NCBI GenBank assembly: GCA_035063585.1
Contig: JAPSGB010000055.1
Span: 1 to 26,477, forward strand
Direction: 5' to 3'
DNA from: Polyangiaceae bacterium
GTDB taxonomy: Bacteria; Myxococcota_A; Polyangia; Polyangiales; Polyangiaceae
DNA length: 26,477 nt
A program made the position numbers and the translations under genes. This document shows positions 1 to 7,685 of this stretch, one piece after another. The first letter of the stretch is position 1; the number at the start of each line of letters is the position of its first letter. The notes under the pieces were generated by a model. It searched no databases. It was not told where the DNA came from and worked only from the letters and a program-made list of their open reading frames with translations.

Positions 1-1
1 C

Positions 2-130
2 GGCGGCTGCGCGGGCTCGGGCGGCGGCAGCGCGGGCTCGGGCGGCGGCAGCGCGGGCTCGGGCGGCGGCAGCGCGGGCTCCGGCGGTGGCAGCGCGGGC
101 TCCGGCGGCAGCGCGGGCTCCGGCGGCGGC
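2..130 (+). repeat. Coding tandem repeat, ~21-bp unit GGCGGCGGCAGCGCGGGCTCS (GGGSAGS)
   Basis: Units at 20-40, 41-61, 62-82 and 83-103, with shorter variants at 2-19 and 104-121. Confidence 0.9.
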
Positions 131-676
131 TCGCCGTCGGGCGTGTTCATCAATGAGCTCTACGTGGATCGCGCGCTCCAGGGGGACTCGGTCGAGTGGG
201 TCGAGATCGCCGGGCCATTCCAGACCGCGCTCGGCGGGCTCCGGCTCCGTCACTATCGCTTCGACGATCCGGGCGTCACGCTCGTGTTCGATCTCCCGCT
301 CGGGGACGCCGGCGATCAGATCCCGTCGTCCGGCCTGTGGACGGTGGGTGGGCTCATGTCCGAGGCGATGAACCGAACCTACGCGATCGGCGCCCCCGAC
401 CACTTCGGGCTCGACGGAACCGGCGGGATGCTCCAGCTCTACCGCGCGAGCGACGGCGTGCTCCTCGACGCCGTCGGGTACGGCACGGCGCGCTCGGTGG
501 ACGCGCCGTCGGCGCCCACCACGACCATGTTCGGCTCGGCCGCGCCGCTTCCGGCCGGGGGCGAGAAGAATCAGTCGCTGGCGCGCCGCCCCGGCGCCTC
601 CGCGCACGACAACGCAGCGGACTATTGCCTGCAGGCTCCCTCGGCGAACGCGCCGAACGGCGACGCCTGCCTGTGA
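2..676 (+). CDS. 5'-truncated secreted protein: Gly/Ser linker followed by a lamin-tail-like (LTD) domain
   Basis: The frame of ORF 143..676 is open from base 2 and reads (GGGSAGS)n, then VFINELYVD...EWVEI...DAVGYG...SLARR, typical of bacterial LTD domains. Stop TGA at 674-676. Confidence 0.7.
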   Translation, partial: GGCAGSGGGSAGSGGGSAGSGGGSAGSGGGSAGSGGSAGSGGGSPSGVFINELYVDRALQGDSVEWVEIAGPFQTALGGLRLRHYRFDDPGVTLVFDLPLGDAGDQIPSSGLWTVGGLMSEAMNRTYAIGAPDHFGLDGTGGMLQLYRASDGVLLDAVGYGTARSVDAPSAPTTTMFGSAAPLPAGGEKNQSLARRPGASAHDNAADYCLQAPSANAPNGDACL

Positions 677-691
677 GGTGCCCGCCGCGAC

Positions 692-1171
692 TCAGAGCCG
701 CGCTTCGAGCTCGGCGTCGATGCTCTCGGGCGTCTCTTTAGGCGCGTAGCGCCTCACCACCTCACCGGTCGGGCTCACGAGGAATTTGGTGAAATTCCAC
801 TCGATGTCCTGCTCCCCGCTGGGAGCTCGCTGGCTTCGCTTCAAGAGGGCGTAGACCGGGTGCGTGCCGCTGCCGTTTACCTCGATTTTCGCAAACATCG
901 GGAAGGTGACGTCATAGGTCTGCGAGCAGAACGCGCGGATCTCCGCCTCCCCGCCCGGCTCCTGATGGCCGAACTGATCGCAGGGAAAGCCGAGCACCAC
1001 GAGCCCGCGCGCGGCGTACTTGCGGTAGAGCGCCTCGAGCCCGGCGTACTGCGGGGTGAAGCCGCATTTCGAGGCGACGTTGACGATGAGGAGCGTCCGG
1101 CCGGCGTACTTCGAGAGCTTCTCTCGTGCCCCGTCGATGGTCGTCACCTCGAGGTCGTGAATCTCGCTCAT
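692..1171 (-). CDS. btuE: Glutathione peroxidase family protein (Cys type, probably thioredoxin-dependent)
   Basis: Signature motifs NVASKCGFTPQY, LGFPCDQFGHQE and WNFTKFLV. Start taken at ATG 1171 (MSEIHD, 159 aa). The gene symbol is a family-level assignment. Confidence 0.93.
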   Translation of the reverse strand: MSEIHDLEVTTIDGAREKLSKYAGRTLLIVNVASKCGFTPQYAGLEALYRKYAARGLVVLGFPCDQFGHQEPGGEAEIRAFCSQTYDVTFPMFAKIEVNGSGTHPVYALLKRSQRAPSGEQDIEWNFTKFLVSPTGEVVRRYAPKETPESIDAELEARL

Positions 1172-1227
1172 GTCCGGAAGCATTCGGCCGACGGACGCGA
1201 ACGGCAAGGGCCCGCGCGCGGCCAGGC

Positions 1228-2052
1228 TCAGCGCCGCCGCCGCCGCTGCGGCACCGCGCGGCCCGCTTCTACGAGCGTGCGGAGCGCGCGCTCCATCTCT
1301 TGCGCGAAGATGAGCCGCACCGCGTCCGCGCCGACCTCGCGGAGCGCGTCGAGCGAGCGGGCCACGTCTCCCGGCGATGGGTCGTCTCGGAGCCCGCCGT
1401 GCTCGGTGAAGTGCGTCGCGAGCTCATCGGCCGCGCGCGCGATCCGCCGGCGCAGGATCTCCTCGCCCTTCGCCGCGACCTCGAGCACGACTCCGGCGTC
1501 GTCGAGCTTGAGGTTCAAGCGGAGGAGTTCGGGGCTCTCCACGAAGTAGCTCGGCGGGAGCGCGTTGCCCTCGCGCCGGACCAGCCCCACCCGAACCAGC
1601 TCCGCGATGTAGCCCCGTCGCCGCTTCTCACCGAGGAGCTCGACGAGCTCCGCTTCCGTCATCACGCGCGGCGCGTCGTCCGACCAAGGAGCGCGGAGGT
1701 TGTCGCCAATGCCGAGCCACTCGGACACCGAGACGTCCCCCGAGTCGGCGCGGGAGAAGAGGTCGCGGATCGCCTTCAAGTTCAGCCCGCGATCTTGGAG
1801 CTCCGCGATGAGCCGGAGCCGCTCGACGTGGCCGTCGCCATAGAACGCCTGCCGCCCCGCGCGGGTCGGCGGCGCGAGCGCGCCCTTCGCCTGATAGAAG
1901 CGGATGGTGCGGCTCGGCACGCCGGTCGCGGCGGCGAGCTCGTCGATGCTATAGCGGCGCCCGGCTGCGTCGGGTGCCTCCGCATCCGGTGCGGCGCCAC
2001 CCGAGAGCACGCAGGAGAGCCCGTTTTCGAGCACTTCAGTGATGACAGTCAT
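1228..2052 (-). CDS. MerR family transcriptional regulator
   Basis: YSIDELAAATGVPSRTIRFYQAKGAL...YGDGHVERLRLIAELQDRGLNLKAI is a MerR HTH. The start codon is uncertain; ATG 2052 was chosen. Confidence 0.88.
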   Translation of the reverse strand: MTVITEVLENGLSCVLSGGAAPDAEAPDAAGRRYSIDELAAATGVPSRTIRFYQAKGALAPPTRAGRQAFYGDGHVERLRLIAELQDRGLNLKAIRDLFSRADSGDVSVSEWLGIGDNLRAPWSDDAPRVMTEAELVELLGEKRRRGYIAELVRVGLVRREGNALPPSYFVESPELLRLNLKLDDAGVVLEVAAKGEEILRRRIARAADELATHFTEHGGLRDDPSPGDVARSLDALREVGADAVRLIFAQEMERALRTLVEAGRAVPQRRRRR

Positions 2053-2091
2053 TACTAGAGCAGTAATGACAGTAACACTTACTAGTGTCAA
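2037..2091 (-). promoter_or_regulatory. Putative merR promoter/operator with overlapping dyads
   Basis: TTGACA on the minus strand at 2091-2086. Dyads AGTAA-CAC-TTACT (2071-2083) and GTCATTACT-N5-AGTAATGAC (2048-2070). AT-rich island. No clean -10 consensus. Confidence 0.6.
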
Positions 2092-2150
2092 TAAGAATGA
2101 GCCCCGGCGCGAGCGCGCCCAGCCGCCTCCGGCGGCCCCGGCCTCGATGA

Positions 2151-2190
2151 TTGCAGGTGAAATGATCTGTGGTTATCGTTTCACGAGAAA
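2151..2190 (+). promoter_or_regulatory. Putative sigma70-type promoter and operator of the TA operon
   Basis: TTGCAG (2151-2156)-N17-TATCGT (2174-2179). Inverted repeat GTGAAATGAT (2157-2166) / ATCGTTTCAC (2175-2184), 9/10 match, overlaps the promoter. Confidence 0.65.
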
Positions 2191-2564
2191 TGACCCAGGC
2201 AAACCCCGCAGCGCTCGACGCCGGGGCCGTGCTCGCCAAGGCGGCGCTCCGCGCAGCCGAGCGGCTCGGGCTCTCGCGGTCGACGCTCGCGCGGGTCATC
2301 GGCGTGAGCGCGGCGTCGCTCTCGCGCGTCGCGAGCGGGCGGCGCGGGCTCGAGCCCTCCACCAAGGAGGGCGAGCTCGCGCTCCTGCTGGTGCGCGTCT
2401 ACCGCAGCCTCGACGCGCTGGTTGGCGGAGACGAGGCGGCGGCGCGCGCGTGGCTCGCGGCAGAGCATCGGCACCTCGGCGGGGTCCCCGCCGAGCGGCT
2501 CACGAGCGTCGAGGGGCTGGTGCGCGTCGCCGAGTACCTCGATGCGATGCGCGGGCGGCTGTGA
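2190..2564 (+). CDS. Xre/MbcA/ParS-family antitoxin
   Basis: 124 aa. N-terminal HTH (LGLSRSTLARVIGVSAASLSR) and MbcA-like C-terminus (AARAWL...HRHLGGVPAERLTSVEGLVRVAEYLDAMRG). GTGA overlap with the downstream RES gene. Confidence 0.92.
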   Translation: MTQANPAALDAGAVLAKAALRAAERLGLSRSTLARVIGVSAASLSRVASGRRGLEPSTKEGELALLLVRVYRSLDALVGGDEAAARAWLAAEHRHLGGVPAERLTSVEGLVRVAEYLDAMRGRL

Positions 2565-3325
2565 CGCCGCCCGGGCTCTGGCACCGGCTCGATGGCGCGG
2601 CGCACCTCCGCCGCGTCGAGCTCGCGCCGTGGCGCGTGGTCGAATCGCAGTCGAGGAGCTCGACCCGCAAGCTCGTCGACTCGCTCGCCGAGCAGGAGCT
2701 CCTCGAAGAGCTGGTCGAGCAGGTCAAGCCGCCGGTGCCGACGCTTCCCGGCATGCATGGGCTACATTACCTGCTCTCGACTCCGTTCCGGCACCCGCCG
2801 CTCCGTAACGGCTCGCGCTTCGGCACCCGTCACGAGCCCAGCATCTACTACGGCTCGAAGCGGCTCCCGACCGCGCTCGCCGAGGTCGCCTATTATCGGC
2901 TGCTGTTCCTCGAGGGGACGCGCGCGCGGCTGGCGCCTCTGAGCGTCGAGCTCACGGCGTTTCGCGCCAAGGTCCGCTCGCGCAGGGCCGTGGAGCTCAC
3001 GCGGCCGCCCTTCGACGCCGCGCGCGTGAGCCTCACGAGCAAGACCAGCTACGCCATCACGCAGGCGCTCGGGCGGGACATGCGCGCGAGCGGCGTCGAG
3101 CTCTTCGTGTTCGAGAGCGCGCGTGATCCCGACCGCGGCCAAAATGTCGGGCTCTTTGCGCCGGTGTTCGCCGCGCCCGCGCCGACCGCCCTCGAGGGTT
3201 GGAGCTCGCTCGTGACGCGCGAGCGAGTGGAATTCGTGAAGCAGGACGTGTTCGCGCGCCGGAGCCTCGTGTTCGAGCGCGCCGCGTTCGAGCTCGGCGG
3301 TGAGCTCCCGAGCCCGGCGACGTAG
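2561..3325 (+). CDS. RES-domain toxin (MbcT/ParT-like, putative NAD+-degrading)
   Basis: GTG 2561 overlaps the antitoxin stop. WRVVESQ, TPFRHPPLRNGSRFG, IYYGS, ALAEVAYYR, SYAITQALG and FESARD supply the R-E-S residues. 254 aa. Confidence 0.92.
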   Translation: MTPPGLWHRLDGAAHLRRVELAPWRVVESQSRSSTRKLVDSLAEQELLEELVEQVKPPVPTLPGMHGLHYLLSTPFRHPPLRNGSRFGTRHEPSIYYGSKRLPTALAEVAYYRLLFLEGTRARLAPLSVELTAFRAKVRSRRAVELTRPPFDAARVSLTSKTSYAITQALGRDMRASGVELFVFESARDPDRGQNVGLFAPVFAAPAPTALEGWSSLVTRERVEFVKQDVFARRSLVFERAAFELGGELPSPAT

Positions 3326-3359
3326 GCCGCGCCGCTCGGGGGCCGCCGCGTGACGGTCG

Positions 3360-4226
3360 CTAACCCGCGCCGGCCGTCGAGATCGCCGCGAAGTCCTCGT
3401 CGGATAGCTCGATGGACGCGGCGGCGACGTTCTCCTCGAGGTGCGCGACGCTCGAGGTGCCCGGGATGGGGAGCATCACCGCGCTCCGGCGGAGCAGCCA
3501 CGAGAGCGCGATCTGGGTCGGGCTCGCGCCGTATCGCTGCGCGACGGCGGCGAGCGGCGACCCGGCCCCGGCGAGCCGGCCTCCCGCGAGCGGGTACCAC
3601 GGGATGAAGCCGATCCCGCGCGCCTCGCAGTAGTCCACCACGGGATCGTCGCGCCTGAAGCTCACGCTGTATTGGTTCTGCACGGTGGCCACCGGGAAGA
3701 CCCGGGAGGCGGCCTCGAGCTCCTCCACCGTGACTTCGCTGAGGCCCGCGTGAGCGATGAGCCCCTCGTCGAGCATCGCGCGGATCGCGTCGAACTGCTC
3801 GTCGCGAGGGACGTTCGGATCGATGCGGTGGAGCTGCCAGAGCGCGAGCCGCTCGACTCCGAGCGTTCGGAGGCTCAGCTTCACCTGCTGGAGCAGATAC
3901 TCGGGGCGCCCGAGCGGGACCCATCGGTTCGGCCCCGGCCGCACCTGACCGCCCTTGGTCGCGATGACGAGCCCCTTCGGATAGGGGTGTAGCGCCTCGC
4001 GGATGAGCCGCTCCGAGACGCCCGGCCCGTAGGAGTCGGCGGTGTCGATGAAGTCGATACCGAGCTCGGGGACGCGCCGGAGCGTCGCGAGGGCCGCCGC
4101 CGGATCCGCGGGGTCGCCCCAGACGCCCTTGCCGGTGACACGCATCGCCCCGAATCCGAGCCGATGGATGGTGAGCGCCCCGTCGAGCGTGAAGGTGCCT
4201 GCGGCGGTCGCGGAGTGGTCCGTCAT
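3360..4226 (-). CDS. Aldo/keto reductase
   Basis: [36 protein letters not shown] and [13 protein letters not shown] motifs. Confidence 0.95.
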   Translation of the reverse strand: MTDHSATAAGTFTLDGALTIHRLGFGAMRVTGKGVWGDPADPAAALATLRRVPELGIDFIDTADSYGPGVSERLIREALHPYPKGLVIATKGGQVRPGPNRWVPLGRPEYLLQQVKLSLRTLGVERLALWQLHRIDPNVPRDEQFDAIRAMLDEGLIAHAGLSEVTVEELEAASRVFPVATVQNQYSVSFRRDDPVVDYCEARGIGFIPWYPLAGGRLAGAGSPLAAVAQRYGASPTQIALSWLLRRSAVMLPIPGTSSVAHLEENVAAASIELSDEDFAAISTAGAG

Positions 4227-4259
4227 GGCGGGGCAGTCTCCCTCCGCGAGCCGGCACGT

Positions 4260-5522
4260 TCAAGCGCGGAGCTCCCCTGCTCGGCGCCGCCCTCGCCAGA
4301 TGACCGCCACCAGGATGAGCGTCCCCGCGCAGAGCGCGGCGCTCGACATCCCGAGCGCGCGGTGCGCGCCCACCACTCCCGCCATGAGCCCTACCGTGAA
4401 CCCGGAGCCGATGCGGAGCCCATTGGCGGACATGTTGTAGACGCCGATCACCTGACCGCGCCGGTCGGATGGCGCCATGAGCTGAACGACCGTCTGCGAA
4501 ATCGACATGGCCGCGAGGTTCGCGACTCCGCCGATGAAGAGCATCGCCACTGCGAGCGGATAGCTCGAGGTGAGCGCAAAAATGCCTATTGAACCGCCGT
4601 AGACCAGCGTGGAGAGCACCGCCGCCGAGACGGTCGGCTCGAGGAAGCGGAAGAGCTCGAGCGCGAGCCCGCCGACCACGCCGCCGGCGCCGGCGGCGAA
4701 CAGCAGGAGCCCGTAGGTGATGCCCTTCGAGCCAGCGCCGAGATCCTCGGCGAAGATCGGCATCACCGACTGGAGCGCCGCGCCGATGAAGAACGAACCG
4801 AGCCCTCCGAGCACGACCATGGCCATCAGCGAGCGATCTCGAGCCGTCTCGCGGATCACTCGGCCTGCCGCGCGGAAGGTGAGGCGCACCCGAGGCGTGA
4901 GGCCTTCGCGGGTGTGGCCGGTGTACTTCGTGACGGCGAGCAAGCCCGTGAGCGGCAGATAGATGGCGATGTTGACGAACATGCTCGCGGTCGCTCCGAG
5001 GCCGAGCAGGAGCGCCGAGCCCACCACCGGGCCGAACAGGATGCCGAGGCTCCGCGCGGTCGCGTTCAGGCGCACCGCGCTCTCGAGCTCCTCGCGACCC
5101 ACGAAATCCTGCAGCATGAGCTGCTCGGCAGGGCTCCAGAGCGCGCCCGCCAGTCCGTGCACGACGAGCAGCGCGCAGGCGAGCGGGATGGAGAGCGCGC
5201 CGGTAGCGAACGCGATGGCCCAGCCGAGCGACACCGCCATGAACATCAGCTGCGCCACCTGGATGACGCGGCGGCAGTCGTAGCGATCGGCGAGCGCTCC
5301 CGCGTGGACCGAGCCGAGGAGGTACGGGGTCCAGTGGCTGATGACCTCGAACGCCACGAGCCCCGGCGAGCGGAACTTCTCCCACAACACCCAGTACGTA
5401 ATGACGTGCTCGATGTTGTCCGCCATCATCGCGAGCGCGCCGCCGCCGAGATAGAGCGAGCAGTCGCGGTTTCGGAGCGCGGCGAAGCGCGCCGGGCGAC
5501 CCGGGGCGAGCGCGGTCGTCAC
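4260..5522 (-). CDS. MFS transporter
   Basis: About 12 hydrophobic segments, motif A-like GALADRYDCRR, and ELESAVRLN / RRGQVIGVY typical of efflux-type MFS. GTG start at 5522 is inferred. Confidence 0.88.
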   Translation of the reverse strand: MTTALAPGRPARFAALRNRDCSLYLGGGALAMMADNIEHVITYWVLWEKFRSPGLVAFEVISHWTPYLLGSVHAGALADRYDCRRVIQVAQLMFMAVSLGWAIAFATGALSIPLACALLVVHGLAGALWSPAEQLMLQDFVGREELESAVRLNATARSLGILFGPVVGSALLLGLGATASMFVNIAIYLPLTGLLAVTKYTGHTREGLTPRVRLTFRAAGRVIRETARDRSLMAMVVLGGLGSFFIGAALQSVMPIFAEDLGAGSKGITYGLLLFAAGAGGVVGGLALELFRFLEPTVSAAVLSTLVYGGSIGIFALTSSYPLAVAMLFIGGVANLAAMSISQTVVQLMAPSDRRGQVIGVYNMSANGLRIGSGFTVGLMAGVVGAHRALGMSSAALCAGTLILVAVIWRGRRRAGELRA

Positions 5523-5617
5523 GGCGCCACCGAGCGCTCGCGCGCCGCGTGCGGGAAAGGACAGGGGGGCAAGTGCAGGGAGGGTTCGGCTGAGAAGCGG
5601 CGCTCGCGCGCCCAGGC

Positions 5618-5647
5618 GCCGCCGGCCGCGCCGGACCGCCACCCCCT
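5618..5647 (-). repeat. Dispersed intergenic REP-like element, copy 1
   Basis: GCCGCCGGCCGCGCCGGACCGCCACCCCCT, 29/30 identical to 26283-26312. Confidence 0.75.
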
Positions 5648-5648
5648 A

Positions 5649-6170
5649 CTACTCTCCGAAGAGCTCGTCGACTACCTCGCGCAGGATCTCTTGCGACGCC
5701 TCCGGGGCGAGCCCCATGGCGGCGGCGAAGGCGTCGATCGCGGCGGCCTCCGCGTGCTCGACGTCGTCGTCCACGAAGGCGACGCCCGCCGCCAGGCGAA
5801 ACGCGAACGCCTTGGCGTCGTCCGTGGGCAAGCGGCGCGCGACCGCGTCGAGGCGCGCCTTCCAGCCCTCCGCCGAGAGCTTGCGGTTGAGGTCGTCGAG
5901 GAGCGGCTGGAGCCGGAGCCCTTCCATCGCGTGGGCGTCCATGATGGCCTCGACGCTCGCGCCGAGCTGGCCGAGCTCTTCCTCGGATACCTCGCCGTCG
6001 ACCGCTGCCATGAGGAACATGCCCTCGAGCGTCGCCTCGAACTCTGCCGCCTGCTCTTGCTCGAGGCTGCTCAACACCTCCTTTGCGTCGAGGCGACGCG
6101 CGAAGGCGCGCGCCGCCTTGGCGGCGGAGATCCCGGTGGCGAGCTGCTTCAGGCGGGCGTCGAGGACCAT
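5649..6170 (-). CDS. TerB-family (tellurite resistance-like) helical protein
   Basis: MFLMAAVDGEVSEEE and AFRLAAGVAFVDDDVEHAEAAAIDAFAAAMGL match the duplicated TerB acidic motifs. ATG 6170, 173 aa, tandem TAG TAG stop. Confidence 0.8.
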   Translation of the reverse strand: MVLDARLKQLATGISAAKAARAFARRLDAKEVLSSLEQEQAAEFEATLEGMFLMAAVDGEVSEEELGQLGASVEAIMDAHAMEGLRLQPLLDDLNRKLSAEGWKARLDAVARRLPTDDAKAFAFRLAAGVAFVDDDVEHAEAAAIDAFAAAMGLAPEASQEILREVVDELFGE

Positions 6171-6217
6171 GACGCGGAGCCTACTCGCTCCCGTCTCGCG
6201 CGGCGAGCCCGCGCGGC

Positions 6218-7627
6218 TCAGGGCCCAGCGCCGGCGGACGGCGGCGCCTGGCAGCCTGCGTCCGGGTGCTCCGCGAGATACTCGCCGTAGTCCCGCATGA
6301 GCGCGTACGCGAGGCGTCGGCCCATGAAGCGCCCGCCGCTCTCGGTGAGGTGAATGAAGTCCTTCCACGCCATCTCGTGAGCGGCGAAACGGACGATCGA
6401 GATTCGCCCGCCCATCGCCCCGCGGAAATCCCAGAACATGGTGCCGAGCTCGCGCGCGAGCGCGCGTTTCTGCGCGTCGATGCGCTCGATGCGCGCGCTG
6501 CGGGTCGGGCGCTCGATGGTGCCGCCGGCCAGATCCGGAGGGCCCAGCATCAAGAAGGGCGCGCCGGGCACCGCGCGCCGGACCCGCGCGACGAGCTCAC
6601 GCGCCGCGGCGAGGTGGCCCGGGGTGTCGGACTCGGTCGCGCCCGTGAGCAAGAGCACGAGATCGGGGCCGCGCAGGGCGAGCGACTGCTCGGTGAGCTC
6701 GCGGTCCGCGCGCACGATGAGCTCCGTGTTGACCCCGCCGACGCCGAGTGAGTCGACTACGACCCCGGGCTCGCTGCGTTCGAAGACCACGCCGAGCAGC
6801 CTCACGTCGAGGTCGACGCTCTCGAGGACGAGCCGGTGCGGCCCATCGGGCAGGTCGAAGCGCCGCCTGGCGGCCTCCAGGCGCGGGCCGGCCGTCGCGA
6901 GCTCCACCGGCGGCGCGTCGTCGATGCGCGCGCGGAGCCGACCCCACCCGGGGTGCTGCAGGTACCAGACCTCGATGCGGCTCACGCGTGTCCCGACCGG
7001 CGCGCCCGGAGCGGCCGTCTGCACCACGGCGCGGGCATGCGCGTTGCGCGGCATCGCCGCGATCCCGGCAAAGCCGTAGCGGCGGTCGATGATCTGATCG
7101 GTGGAGAGATCGATGGCGCGCCAGCCGGCCTCGTCGTTGCGGTGTCGAATGTCGGTGTGCAGATACCAGGGCCAGGGCTTCACCGGGGAAATCCAGCCGT
7201 GCCCGCCGTCGCCGAAGGTGAGCTGGAGCGTGCGCCGGAGCTCGCCGCTGATGGTGTCGCGGGTGAGGTTCGAGTCGCCGTACATCGCGATGCGTACCGA
7301 GTCGGTGGCGCGCCCTCGGGCGAGCCGCGCGAGCTTCTCGTAAAATGACGACATCTGTCCGCGCCCCGACTCGTCGACCAGCGGAGGGATGGACGGGTCG
7401 AGCGGCGCGTCGATGAGCTCGGGGAGCGCGACCGTGAGCGGCGGACAGACGGGCGACTCTTCAGCGCGCCGAGCTTCGAGGCCCGCCGGAGCCGTCGGCG
7501 CCCGTGCGCTCGGCGCCGCGCTTCGACCCGGCAGAGCTTGCCGGTCCGTCGCGGCCGGCGGCGGACCGGCGGCGCCGCACGCTGACGCGAGCCCGATGAG
7601 GAGTCCGCCCACCCACCACGCGCGCAT
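6218..7627 (-). CDS. SGNH/GDSL hydrolase or O-acetyltransferase-like lipoprotein
   Basis: Lipobox LASAC. Block I YGDSN, block II LGVGG, block V DFIH (DxxH). Inserted beta-rich domain, as in Ape1/PatB-type proteins. Confidence 0.8.
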   Translation of the reverse strand: MRAWWVGGLLIGLASACGAAGPPPAATDRQALPGRSAAPSARAPTAPAGLEARRAEESPVCPPLTVALPELIDAPLDPSIPPLVDESGRGQMSSFYEKLARLARGRATDSVRIAMYGDSNLTRDTISGELRRTLQLTFGDGGHGWISPVKPWPWYLHTDIRHRNDEAGWRAIDLSTDQIIDRRYGFAGIAAMPRNAHARAVVQTAAPGAPVGTRVSRIEVWYLQHPGWGRLRARIDDAPPVELATAGPRLEAARRRFDLPDGPHRLVLESVDLDVRLLGVVFERSEPGVVVDSLGVGGVNTELIVRADRELTEQSLALRGPDLVLLLTGATESDTPGHLAAARELVARVRRAVPGAPFLMLGPPDLAGGTIERPTRSARIERIDAQKRALARELGTMFWDFRGAMGGRISIVRFAAHEMAWKDFIHLTESGGRFMGRRLAYALMRDYGEYLAEHPDAGCQAPPSAGAGP

Positions 7628-7685
7628 CGTTTGTCAGCATGGCACGACCGGCGCGCCTAGAGAACCGCCGTCCCCGCCTCGGCCG

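Noticed and set aside
2..130. Tandem repeats here and at 16947-17009, 24904-25134 and 25757-26110 as CRISPR arrays
   Set aside because: No unique spacers, unit lengths are multiples of three inside CDSs, and there are no cas genes.
692..1171. Selenocysteine-type glutathione peroxidase
   Set aside because: The peroxidatic residue is encoded by TGC (Cys) and there is no in-frame TGA.
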